From Lama guanicoe (Eukaryota), in NCBI GenBank assembly GCA_013239625.1, contig MU053758.1:1798001-1862000 (forward strand): a stretch of DNA of 64,000 nt, given 5' to 3'. Of the stretch, positions 48,030 to 61,000 are shown piece by piece (position 1 is the first letter of the stretch; every line of letters begins with the position of its first letter). The position numbers were made by a program, and so were the translations under genes. The notes under the pieces are model-generated. The model worked only from the letters and a program-made list of their open reading frames with translations, was not told the origin of the DNA and made no database searches.

Positions 48030-51000
48030 TATACACAAAGCTTTTTTGAGTTTTATTTTTTTTTCCTCGGGTTGGAGATTCATCTTAACATGCATGCATT
48101 TAAAACAGTAACGAGGTCTCGAATTGTTCCGAGCAGACGTTAGACAAGCACAGGGGGTTGAAAATTCCTATTTAAAAAATGGAAATTGCAGTGGGAAATT
48201 GAGAAGTCACACACATATGGGGGGGTGGTAGTTTATCCTGCTCTCCCAAAAGCTGAATCTAAACTTTATTCACATTTTTTGATTACAATATCTGACCTGA
48301 TGCTTGAGTGTGCTGAGCAGCACCAGGCCTTCCCCCAAAGGTTGTTGGTTCCCACTTCCTCACAAAATGGCTCTGAGCAAGGGGAAGGGGCTTCTCTGGA
48401 AGTTTCCTCCCCAGCCTCCAAAGGATCTCGGCACAACTCGCTGGGGACAGGCAATTCTCTTCCCTTTGGAGACACTCTCCCTAAGTGGCACGTTTCAGAA
48501 GGCTAGGGCTAAGTCATAGCCCCCTGCAGATGGCTGGTAAAGTTGGGGGCAGTTTGAATGTTTTCCCTTTGATTCCTGTGCTCAGGCTGGATCCCCCTCC
48601 CCACATTTCTGCCAGAAAGAAGTGAGGTCCCTGGAACTGGGGGAGCCACAGGTCTAAGGCCAGAGCTCTAAGGGTAGTTTAAACACATTGTCCCTTCTGG
48701 CCCCTAACACTTGAGTAGCTCAAATGCTGGGGATTGCTGTATTTTTCTCCCTACCTGAATTGGTAAAGAGACAATTACGGGGGTGGGACTGGCTACTGAG
48801 AAAAGTCCTGGGTCTTTGGTCCACCTCCCCGGGGCAGGCCCTGGCAGACTGTGAAGAGGGGAAACTCGGTAGGGCAGGAGTGAGCCCTGAGCACTACCAG
48901 GGGACCTGTTTGAGGTCTAAAGCACAGGCAAGAGAAACAAAAGTAGGAAGAGGGAGAAGGGAGGACGAGCTGCCTGTGGTGGGAACCTAGGTTGTGCCAC
49001 TGAGAAAAGCCAAGGGGCGACTCGTAGCACGTGCCACAGACCCGTAACCCCTGAGCTAGATAAGGAGAGATCAAGCACTGCTTCGGTCTGTGCTCCTGGA
49101 GCTGGCTTCCTAACCTGCCCCGTAACCCCCAAACTGCAGGGCACAGGGAAGGAGCTTGCACTGGGGGACCAAGACTCAGTGGTTCATTAATAGGAACAAG
49201 GGCCAGAGGCCTGCTAGTGGTCTAAGCGGAATTTTCAGAGAACCCCTCCCTTTGGTGGGGAGACCTGGTAGACTAGTTTTCTCAGCCACACTTTCAGAAT
49301 TAGAGGGGCAGGACAGGAGAAGCTGTGACTGGTTAAATGGTAGAGGGAGAGAACAGAGGGGAATCCTGTCCTTATCCCTAACCAGGCCTCACCTAGTCAC
49401 CCACGTCCCATTCTTATATCTTTGTTCTTGGGAGACCCCAAATTATTCTGGGATGCCGTAAGACCTTTCAGCTTTTCTTCATGGCTCCAAAGAGTGATGG
49501 GGAGGGTAGTCACCTCCCCTTGGATGCCTTCTACTGCCCAGCGAGGGAAGGGTGGGGCTTGGAGAAGAGTAGGGGCAGACAACTTTGGGGATCACTTCAC
49601 TTTCTCTACATTCAGACTGCAAACCAAATATAATATCTTCATCATTACAAAAAAAAAAGAGAGAGAAAAAACTTGTATAAACCAAGATAAATAGCTTTTA
49701 AACATCTGAATGCCAAAGGAATTAGAGGACCAAACCCAAGGTTTTGCAGATAGCACAGAGAATGACCTTTAAAAAAAATTTAAAATCCTCCAAACCACTG
49801 CTCAAATGTTTCGACTCGGTCAACAATACTGTCAGAAAAACAAAAAGAGCATTTAAAATAGAATGCTATCTCTCAAAATGTAAACAATGTACAAAAAAAA
49901 ACCCCACAAAAACTCAATGTTAAAGAAGTTAGATATCTGGTAGCTCACCTTTAACTGATACGACTGGTTACACTTTTCGTACACATTATGGCAACACGAT
50001 CAGCAGACCAAATGCAGGAAGCCGATGGGAGCCCAAGGCTGTGGAGGCCGTTGGGGGACAACCTGCCAAGCTTTGGAGACGCTGGGCCTGACTAGGAGCA
50101 GATCCAAATTTTCATTCTTGATCAGGAGATGAGGAAATCAAGTCCAAACATCATTCCTACTAATCCCTTCCTAAGTCAAATGTGTTTTCTTCATGAGTCA
50201 CTTGGTTCCAAGTTCTTCCCCAAGTCACTTCGCAGTCTTGCTGCTGACGTTCAGAGCTTCCTACAGCCCCTTCCTGGGGCCAGGGCAGTTATTTGGCCCC
50301 AGTCTGCCTCTTCCAGAAGGGTTCCAACAGCCCCAGTGGAGTCCAAGAATGCGGCCTCCCTGACCTAAATGCTGTTGGCTAGGCACAGAGACGGTGCTCG
50401 TTCCTGCTCCGGAAGCTGAGCTTGGCCAGGTTTGGAGGAAGCCAAGGAAACCAATCAAAATGGTTCCACAAACTTTCTTTCCATCTGTGGAGTTATCTAC
50501 AAGTTTTACCGTATCTCATTCCAAATCCCCAGTTCCTGGTGAGAAGGTGAGAAGATGCAGGAATGTACCTCCCCCAGCACAGGGCTGTTTTCTCTCCTAG
50601 CCAGACCAGACTGCTCTGATGGCATCACAGAGGGGCACAATTCTGAGGCTCAGTTCTGAGGCCTGGGTAGCAGGCTCAGAAGGTGAGTAGAGATCCTGTA
50701 GGAAGCTGCAGGATGCCACTCCAGAGGAGGCCTGTGGGTGGCTGAGCTGCTAAAAGTCTAGAGGCGGGCATCAAGGAGAAACAGCTCTGAGGTTGGGGCC
50801 AGGTGGAACCCCACATCAAGCCTCCACACCAGAGTTCCTGGGTCATATCCTCAAGTGGCTCAGGCTTGGGTGCCACAATCCAAGGTATGCTGGCCACAAC
50901 CATCCAGGTGACAAACCACAGGCACAGGGAGTCAGATAACCTACATGGTAGCCCTGGGGCTTGAAGAGGTATCTCTGCAAGGAGCAGCCCAGGCACGTGG

Positions 51001-52035
51001 AGATCTGCCCCCACCTAAAAGTTTACTGATAAGTGAGAGTGCCTGGGAGAAGGTTAGAAGGAAGTAAATGGATGGAGGGCACAAGACTTCATTTGATACT
51101 CATCAGCCATTTAAGCACGAGGGTCGTGTTATATCGAAAGGTGATTTCTAGTTCCTCTTGACTCAGTGAGCAACAGGCTTTATGGTGAAATCTGAACTCC
51201 AGAGACTGAGAGAGCCCAGGGGCTTGGGTGATGGTCATGGGGTTCTCTGAGAACCAGCTGTCTGAGAGCCCACCAGCCCCCACTGAACCCTTACCATCCA
51301 TGAGGATGAACTCACTCCCATCTAAGATCTGTGATTCTGATCCAAGATGCCTGATGTTGATCTGGAGTGTTCCTTCAGGAGGGACAGCATTTACATGGAG
51401 GAATCATGTAACATTTCACTTGGATCCAAGGCGGAAAGGTGAAGGAAGCTGTGCACGATACTCCATGAAATAAAAAAAATTAAATCCAGACTAGATCAAA
51501 TGCAGCAGGGCTGAGGCGGTCTAACGCTTCTCCTCTGGTATCAGAGCGCTTTGCTCTGAGAGGACCCTTGGCTGGGTCTATGAGTGCTTCTTTAATTGAA
51601 GGGAACTGACAGCAGGGCAGGGATGGGGAGGGTGGATAAGGTGACAGACATCATTATAAATAGCAAATCTGGAGCAATGAAATTTCAAAAACAAAACCCA
51701 AATAAGCCCACAAAGTCATCTCTAGCCCCAAGGTATCTTAAAAGGTTACAAGGTAACAAAAAGGAAACTCCTTTTTTAACCTGGGTAAATGTGGGGGGAA
51801 GAAATCAAGGGTAAGCAGAAGGTGAGGCTACATCCTGTGAGCACGCACACACAGCACATCCCCTCCTCCCCAGCAGGGTCTCTTTCAGTGTCACAGGCTG
51901 CAGTCTCATTGCTAAAGCCCTTCCCTACCCCAACTCTGCTCCCCACCCTCCCATCTAGCCCAAATACACCCTCTCCCTCTTCCAATCCCCGACCCCACAT
52001 CCAGCACTCTGGCTCTGGCTGACGGTAGAGGGTAA
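48030..52035 (-). other. PIP4K2B: PIP4K2B 3' UTR (~4 kb)
   Basis: Repeat-poor stretch between the stop codon and the AATAAA, with AU-rich blocks at about 49600-50000. Confidence 0.65.
48052..48057 (-). terminator. Polyadenylation signal of PIP4K2B
   Basis: TTTATT on + reads AATAAA on -, about 4 kb past the stop. Confidence 0.65.
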
Positions 52036-55000
52036 CTACGTCAGGATGTTGGACATGAACTCGTTGAAGCGTTTGGAGTACTGTTCAGGGTTCACAGTCG
52101 AGATCTCGGCCCCCGCCTGTAATATACAGAAGCCAACTCAGGTCGAGCTCCTTGGTCTTCATCAGGAGGCTGCACCTGGGAGGGGTCTGGGTATTCAGGA
52201 ACCTCTGGTTCCGCATAAGAGCTAAATACTACCCACCGCCCCGAACTGGGCAGGCCACTTTGAGAAACGGTTCCCATGTCTCAAAATTGCCCTGGCCCCA
52301 CTCCTCTGATTCACAACCCTCAGGGCTGTACCCACTGAAGGAGGGCAAGGCAGTGTGGGAGGTGGCAGAGAAGCTCCAGATCTCTGTGGGGCCCCTCTTT
52401 GGAGAACAGTAGTTTGAAGTCCATGGGGAAACAGGCCCCTGGGGAGCAGTGTGGGCATGTAAACAGAGCTATTACCAGTGGTCAACAAGACGCACAATAT
52501 GCCCAGCAGCCCTGGGGAAAGGAGCCAGAGAACTAGGCGAAAAACAAGTTGGGCATATCAGCCAGCCGCTGATGGGGATATGCTGTAGACAGTGAAAAGG
52601 GGACACAAAGCAACCAGGCAGGCTGCCCTTCCTGTTCCCTGTCCTGGGGGGAGGGGGCAGGAGGGTGTTTCCTTAGAGCAAGAGGCCTCCTTGGGGGTCT
52701 GAGAGCCCACTCCCCAGGCCTGGATGGAGACAGGAACTCACCCCGTGTTTCACTGTTTTGGCAGCATGTGCAGCTTTCTTCTTAGCATCATATGGTGTGA
52801 GTATATCAATGATGGCCATGAAATAAACTTCCTTCTTGGGGGCACCTGAATGAGGAGAGGAAGCAGGAAAGAAGAGGCAGGCAGAAGACCAGAAAGCAGC
52901 TGGGTCCATAACTCCTCAGATATGACATCCAGATTCATCCCTATCATTTGGAATCTGAGAAAAGGGATGGCCAGTGGAGTCCTTCTTAGAAGCTTTCATA
53001 GCTCTTATTTTATTTAATCTTCACAGCTACCCTGCAGGATTGACATGACACTATTTACGAAGTTTTGTCCACCCCATGAACCAGAGCTCAACCACGCCTC
53101 AGCTGTCCAGGACAAGCAAAAAGTGAAAGAAGGCCTGACAGAGAAGAATCCCAGGGCCCCAGAAGACAGAGTGACCGGTAGTGACCCAGGATGGCAGCCT
53201 AGAGCCAGAAAGAGGCCAAAGTCAACAGTTAATAAGGTGGAAGCCCAGACACCCACGGGTCATCTACACAACAGGCTGGAAGGGGGAGGTACAGGTGCAG
53301 GCTCCTACTTACTTTCATGGCTTTTCATGGCATAGACATCAACAGAGGGATCAAACTCGCCAGGCCCGAAGAACCGGGGAAAGCTGAGGAGGTTGCCCGG
53401 GCTGTCCGGAGGTGTGCCGTAGGAGCAGAGCAGGTTGCCGCCCACCCCGTCGTTCTCACACTCCTCGTCCTCTGCCCGCTCCTCCACCTCCATCTCCTCC
53501 TGCTCTGCCCGGTCCACATCGTGGATGCCCACCAGCAGGCTGTAGTCCATGATCTTCAGCTGGGCCAGGAACTAGGAGATGGGGGAAGGAGAGGTGGAAG
53601 GAAGAGGTTACATGGGACATCTGGAGAGGCAGAGTGGTATCTGGAAAGAGGAGAAAGGGCATTCCTTTCAACTCAATTCTCCCATTCTGAATAAGACAGT
53701 AGAGTCTCTGCCCTCAATGAACTTGATGTCTAATGGAAAAGACAGTCATTCCACAAGGGCAAGAAGCTGTGGGAGTCCAGAGCAGCAGGGGGAGGGCCTC
53801 CATGAGGAAAGGAGTTGAAACTGAGCCTCATGGATGAAGAGGAGTCAGGCAGGCAGAGGTTGGGAGTAAAAGTAGAAGGGGCACTGCAGGAAGAGAAACA
53901 GGCCATTCCATCTGGGATCAAAAGAGGACATGGCTAGCCAAAACAAACTTGAGAAAGAAGAACGGAGCTGGAAGAATCATGCTCTCGGACTTCAGGCTAT
54001 ACTACAAAGCTACAGTAATCAGAACAGTATGGTACTGGCACAGAAACAGACACACAGATCAATGGAACAGTACAAAAGCCCAGAAATAAACCCATGCACT
54101 TATGGGTCAGTTAATCTACAAAGGAGACAAGAATATATAATGGAGAAAAGATAGTCTTTTCAATAAGCAGTGCTGGGAAAACTGGACAGCTACATGTAAA
54201 AGTATGAAATTAGAACATTCCCTACCACCATATGCAAAAGTAAACTCAAAATGGATTAAAGACCTAAATGTAAGACCAGATACTATAAAACCCCTAGAGG
54301 AAAACACAGACAACACTCTGACATAAATCACAGCAATATTTTTTTGGATCCATGTCCTAAAGTAATGGAAACAAAAGCAAAAATAAACAAGCGGAGACCT
54401 AATTAAATTTAAAAGCTTTTGCACAGCAAAGGAGACCATAAATAAAAAGACAACCTACAGAATGGGAGAAAATATTTTCAAATAATGTGAATGATAAGAG
54501 ATTAATTTCTAAAATATACAAACAGCTTATACAGCTCAATATAAAAAACAAACCACCCTTCTGGATACAAGCCCAGGAGTGGGATTCCTGGATCATACTG
54601 TAAGTCTATTCCTCGTCTTTTGAGGAATCTCCACACTGTTTTCCATACTGGCTGCACCAAACTGCATTCCCACCAGCAGTGCAGGAGGGTTCCCCTTTCT
54701 CCACAGCCTCTCCAGCATTTGTCATTTGTGGATTTTTGAATGACGGCTATTCTGACTGGTGTGAGGTGATACCTCATTGTAGTTTTGATTTGCATTTCTC
54801 TGATAATTAGTGATATTGAGTATTTTTTCATGTGCCTTTTGAACATTTGTATGTCTTCCTTGGAGAACTGCTTGTTTAGGTCTTCTGCCCATTTTTGGAT
54901 TGGGTTGTTTATTTTTTTTCTTATTGAGCCATATGAGCTGCTTATATATTCTGGAGATCAAGCCTTTGTCGGTTTCATTTGCAAAAATTTTCTCCCATTC

Positions 55001-58000
55001 CGTAGGTTGTCTTCTTGTTTTACTTATGGTTTCCTTTGCTGTGCAGAAGCTTGTAAGTTTCATTAGGTCCCATTTGTTTATTCTTGCTTTTATTTCTACT
55101 AGGATAAAATTTTTGAAATGTATGTCAGATAATGTTTTGCCTATGTTTTCCTCTAGGAGGTTTATTGTATCTTGTATCCAGAAGGAACCCTACTTCAGGA
55201 TGACACCGGCACCCCAATGTTCATAGCAGCACTATTTACAATAGCCAAAACATGGAAACAGCCTAAATGTCCATCAACAGGTGACTGGATAAAGAAGAGG
55301 TGGTATATTTATATAATGGAATACTACTCAGCCATAAAAACCGACAACATAACGCCATTTGCAGCAACATGGATGCTCCTGGAGAATGTCATTCTAAGCG
55401 AAGTAAGCCAGAAAGAGAAAGAAAAATACCATATGAGATCGCTCATATGTGGAATCTAAAAAACAAACAAACAAACAAAAACAAAGCGTAAATACAGGAC
55501 AGAAATAGACTCATGGACAGAGAATACAGACTTGTGGTTGCCGGGGGGCGGAGGGTGGGAAGGGATAGACTGGGATTTCAAAATTGTAGAATAGATAAAC
55601 AAGATTATACTGTATAGCACAGGGAAATATACACAAAATGTTATGGTAGCTCACAGAGAAAAAAATGTGACAATGAGTGTGTATATGTCCATGTATGACT
55701 GAAAAATTGTGCTGAACACTGGAATTTGACACAACATTGTAAAATGATTATAAATCAATAAAAAATGTTAAAAAAAACCCAATCAAAAAATGGGCAGAAG
55801 ACTTATATAGACATTTCTCCAAAGAAGACATACAGACGGCAAACAGGCACATGAAAAGATGCTCAATGTTGCTAATTATTAGAGAAATGCCAATCAAAAA
55901 TAAGAGGCATCATGTCATGTTGGTCAGAATGGCCATCATCTAAAAGTCTACAAATAATAAATGCTAGAGAGGATGTGAAGAAAAGGGAACCCTCCTACAC
56001 TGCTGGAAAGAATGTAAGTTGGTGCAGCCACTATAGAAAACAGTAAGGAGAGTCCTTAAAAAATTAAATATAGAGTTACAACATGATCCAGCAATCCCTG
56101 TCCTGGGCATATATCTAGAAAATACAAAAACTAATTAGAAAAGATACATGCACCTCAATGTTCATAACAGCACTATTACAATAGCTAAGACATGGAAACA
56201 ACTTAAATGTCCACAGATGGATGAATGGATAAAGATGTGGTATATATACATAATGGAATATTACTCAGTCACTAAAAATGAAATAATGCCATTTGCAGTA
56301 ACATGGATGGACCTAGAGATGATCACACTCAGTGAAGTAACTTAGAGAAAGACAAGTATCACTTATATATAGAATCTACAGACTCATAGACATGCAAACA
56401 AACTTATGGTTACCAAAGGGGTGAGGTAGGAGGGATAAATTAGAATTTGGGGTTAAAAGATACAAACTACTATATAGAAAATAGATAAACAATAAGGACC
56501 TTCATATAGCACAGGGAACTATATTCAATATCTTGTAATAACCTATAATGGAAAAGAATCTGGGGGTGGTGGGTCTAACTCAGTGGTAGAGTATATGCTT
56601 AGCATTAAAACTTCCTTAAAAAAAAAGAATCTGGAAAAGAATGTATATGTTGTGTGTGTATATATATATAAAACTAAGTCACTTTCCTGTATATCTGAAA
56701 CATTATAAATCAACTATACTTCAATAAAAATGTTTTAAAAATTAAAAAAAAAAGGAGACCATGGCAAGTTTGAGGAAAGAAATAATGGAATGCTGCACAG
56801 CACAAGAGACTGGAGAGACGGATGTAACATAGCATTATCTTTCAAACCATGCATCTCAAATGATTGTTGAGTCCTAAATTCAATTTAGTGGGCTGGGACT
56901 AGGATTTTTTTAATTATTATTATTAAATACCATAAAATAGAATAGAAAATATCAGAGTACATAACATGAAGTAAGTAAAGATAGTGTGTGTGTGTGTGTG
57001 TGTGTGTGTGTATTGGGTTGCCAGGTAAAATGTACCTTGAGCTGTGGTCACAAAGTTTGAAAACCTATGCAATCTGGCTTCTTTACCTAATTAGGATAAA
57101 AATGTAGAGAAAAAGAAAAGGGAACACAACATAATAATGGCAGTCAGAACCAACCAACATCCTCAATTTCTTTCCAAAGGTCAAAAGAGGCCGTGTGGTG
57201 TACGGGGAGAATGCTGGGGCCACCCTTACACTGTGTGGCTTCCCTCGCCAAGCCTGTTTTCTCATCCATGTAATGAGTGTTGTGAGCAGGATGGTGCCTA
57301 AGTCTTCTGATCTTGGACCCCATGACTTGGAGAAGGATAAAGAGCATGAGAATGATACAGGATACAAATGGCCAGCTGGCATTCCAGTTTATCTAAGATG
57401 AGGCCAGAGTCATTGGCCCAGATCCTCTGTGAACTAGCCAGCAGGCACCATTAGCCATGTGCCAGCCATTCTGCCATGGTCAGAAATGAGCCTGCAGCAC
57501 CAGGAAACTGTCTGACTGACCACTGTGACTACAGTTCTGTGACTACAGAACTATGAGGAGAATCATAATATGACCAGAGAGGCTTCATACACTGGCCCAG
57601 AACACAACTAAAAGCACAAGAAGTCTCAATTATAGGAGATCAGCAGAATCTCCTCCACAGGGAAAGGTGAGGGGCACCACTGCAAGCACCTCTGCAAAAG
57701 GCCCTCTCAAGGCCAAGGCAGAAGGGGCCAGAGTCCCAGAGGGGAGAGAGTCCATGAACCACACCCCCTCCTATCTGCCTGCAAACATTTATAACACAAC
57801 ATGCAGGTGAAAACACAGGAACTGTGTAAACTGCCTTAAATTCTTCTTTGAGGTCATAACAGGGAGAAAAGTAGAAAAAGCAAGAGAAAGACTCTGGACA
57901 AACTGAATGTCAGAATAAAGGCAGAAACATAATAGGAAGTGGTTAAGGAAAAGCTTCCTGGCAAAAAGAATTTTACAGAACTCATGTTCACAGCAGCATT

Positions 58001-61000
58001 ACTCACAATAAAGCAATCCAAGTGTGATGGTTAATTTTATGTATCAATTTGACTGGGCTACTGAGTGCCCAGAATTTGGTCAAATATTATTGTCTGTGAT
58101 ACTGTTTATAGATGAGATTAACATGTGAATTGGTAAAGTGAGTAAAGCAGGTTGTCCTCCCTAGTGTGGGTGGGCCTCATCCAATCAGTTGAAGGCTTGA
58201 ATAGAACAAAAGCACCGATCTTCCTGCAAGTAAAAGGGAACTCCTCCTGAAGTACTCTTTTGGGAAAGCTCCCTGGTATTCTCCCTACTTGCTGCAAGTA
58301 ATAAATCCTTAAAATTTTTTTAATTTACACATACATAAATGGGGGGTGGGAAGGGACTGGGATTTCAAAATGTAGAATAGATAAACAAGATTGTACTGTG
58401 TAGCACAGGGAAATATATACAGGATCTTGTGGTGGATCACAGCAAAAGAGAATGTGACAATGAATGTATGTATGTTCATGTATAACCGAAAAATTGTGCT
58501 CTACACTGGAATTTGACACAACATTGTAAAATGACTATAATTCAATAAAAAAGTATGTGTGTGTATATATATATATATATAAAACAAATACATAAATAAA
58601 TAGCTAACTCCTCTTGCCTAACTGCCTCTGAGCTAAGACATCAGTTTCTTCCTCTCTTCAGATGTAGACTGAAACATCAGTTCTTCCTGGGTCCAAGCCT
58701 GCTGGCCTCTGGACTAAAACTACATTCGCTCTTGGGTCTCTAGCTTGCCAACTGTAGATCTTGGGACTTGCCAGCCTCCATAATTGTGAGTCAATTCCTT
58801 ATAATAAACATCTATCTATCTAACTACACCCTATTCTGTTTCTCTGGAGAATCTTAACTAATGTACCAAGTGTCCATTGATGGAGGAATCAATGGAAGAT
58901 CAAATGTAGTACACACTTACATGCAATGGAATATTATTCAGCCTCAAAAAGGAAGGACATTCTAACACACAGTACAACATGAATGAACCTTGAAGACTTC
59001 ATGATAAGTAAAATAAGCAAGACACAATGACAAATATTATATGATCCACTTGCATGAGGGTCCTAGAGTAGTCAATTTCATGGAGGCATGAAGTAAATGG
59101 TGGTTGCCAAAGGCAAGGGGAAAGGGGGAATGAAGAATCAGTGTTTCTTGGGTACAGAGTTTTACTTTGGGAAGATGAAAAAGTTCTGGAGATGAATGGT
59201 GGGGATGGCTGCACAACAGCATAAATGCACTTAATGCCATTAAACTTAAAAATGGTTAAGATGGTGAATTTTATGTTATGCATATGTTATCACAATAAAA
59301 AAATAGTAAAACATTTTTTAAAATCTGTAGTGTTTGGTTTTAATGAGCAGGCTCCCCAACTTATTAAAAAAGGAGACACTGAGTTATTAAGTGGTCCAGA
59401 TATCACATTCATTATTTAGCACCTGTCTCCCCTGGAGGAATTCTCCACAGGAAGTCCCATTTCAACCAGAAAGTTGCTAGGTAAGAGGAGAATCAGACCT
59501 AGAGAAAGGCATGGTTGGTGGATCTTAATAGCTTCCTGTCATTCTGACAGCTGGATGCCCCCTCCACCATGGGGATACTACAAGAAAGGAAGTTTGAAGA
59601 GGTTTGAAAATGAGGTTGAAAACAGATTAGTGAAGAGATTAGGGAAAGCATTCCAAACTGAGTTACAAAGGTTCTACTTGCACAAACTGTGTCCCCCCAA
59701 ATGGAATGTTCATTTGCTATAGCTTTGATACAAATAACTACCCACACTGCTCAAATCGCCATCGTCCCTTTTGAGTACACTCCTGAATTCAATTTTCGTT
59801 AATGTTAAAGAGGCCCCTCCTCTGGGGACAAGAGGGAGCGCTGCTCAAGCAAAGCAACAACAAGGATTAATACGTACCTCTACATCCCGTTTCAGTTTTT
59901 CCAGGAAGTTCTTTTTACTCTCCTCTCCCACGTGAAGTTTCTGTCCTTCGTTGAGGAAGTCATTGTCTTTGAATGTTGGCAAGTCCTTGGCCTGGAAGAG
60001 CAATAGCCGTGTTAGGTTATTCACCCCAAGGAGTCCTCTGCTGAGGGCAATGGTACAGGAAAGAAAAGGGTCCTTAGCCAACCTGCCAGATCAGGAGCTT
60101 AGTCTAGGAGTCTACAGACTCAGGCTTCAGGCAGGCAGGGATGGCAAATATGTGGCATATGTCAGACACTGGGGACTGACCAAAGGACTTCCTGCTGAGC
60201 CTGGATGACTCACTTATTCAGGCTGGACTGTATGATAGAAACTGCCAGACCTCCAGGACTATGAAGAACCCAGCAAGGGCAGAGGTGAAAGGCTGGAGAC
60301 GAAGGCCTAGGCCAAGGATGAGGAAAGGCAGGTGCTTAGTGACACAGAGCATGTCTGCGAGTCTAGGAATTGGGCTGGGGCGATGGTGGAGACAGGGACA
60401 AGCGGGCCGACAGAAGGTTTTTCCGATTCCATGTGACCCATTACACAACTGATCAGCTCAGGTCCCAGCATACCTTCTCCTTGTCACTCGCTTCTCTGGC
60501 GACAGTAGAACCCTGAAAGGATAAGAGCCATCAGGAGAAGTCCAGCTGAGGCAAATTCCGTTGAGTGAAAAAACATGCACCAGTCTTTGGGGAGAGGCAG
60601 CAGTTGAATTCAAGTAGGCTGGTTAGACTCCTAGAGGGGCCAGGAGGCAGCAACTGGTTCACTTCCACTGTCACAGACTGCTTGTAAAGATCTGCCTATA
60701 CCAGACACATGCTCAGGAAATAGGAGAGACTCAGCCCCTGCCCTTAAGGAACTTTCCTTCTAACAGGGAAGCTAGACATTACACAGTAGCTACACGATTA
60801 ATTAATCTGTTAATTACAATGATGCAAAGTGGTACAGGGGAGAAGACGGGACACTCTGAGAGCATGTAGCACAGAGGCCGGGTCTGGACTGGAGAGGGGC
60901 AGTAACCAAAGCCTGCTTCTTAGAAGAGGTGATATTTGAGCTGAGCTCACAAGGCTAAGTAGGAAGGAATTAGGTGGGGGAAGGCGGAGGTGGAGAAACA

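Larger units (their letters stand above)
53935..56755 (+). mobile_element. Older L1 (3' part of ORF2 plus 3' UTR), interrupted by a nested L1 and a SINE
   Basis: Contains ggacttcaggctatactacaaagctacagtaatc…tggtactggca and further ORF2 C-terminal sequence. Sequence resumes colinearly at 55778 after the insertion; A-tail at about 56745-56753. Confidence 0.9.
57975..59305 (+). mobile_element. Ancient L1M 3' end, split by an MLT2-like LTR
   Basis: catgttcacagcagcatt…ccaag | LTR | ccaagtgtccattgatgga…caatggaatattattcagcc…aaaatggttaagatggtgaattttatgttatg. Confidence 0.8.

Noticed and set aside
52030..52040. Stop-codon readthrough at PIP4K2B
   Set aside because: The context is TAG-TTA, not the established TGA-CTAG readthrough motif.
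54116..56345. ORFs resembling reverse-transcriptase protein C-termini
   Set aside because: Broken L1 ORF2 fragments, not a functional gene.
56564..56622. A second tRNA gene
   Set aside because: Only a tRNA-like head with an A-tail and TSD; no T-arm or acceptor stem, so it is a SINE.
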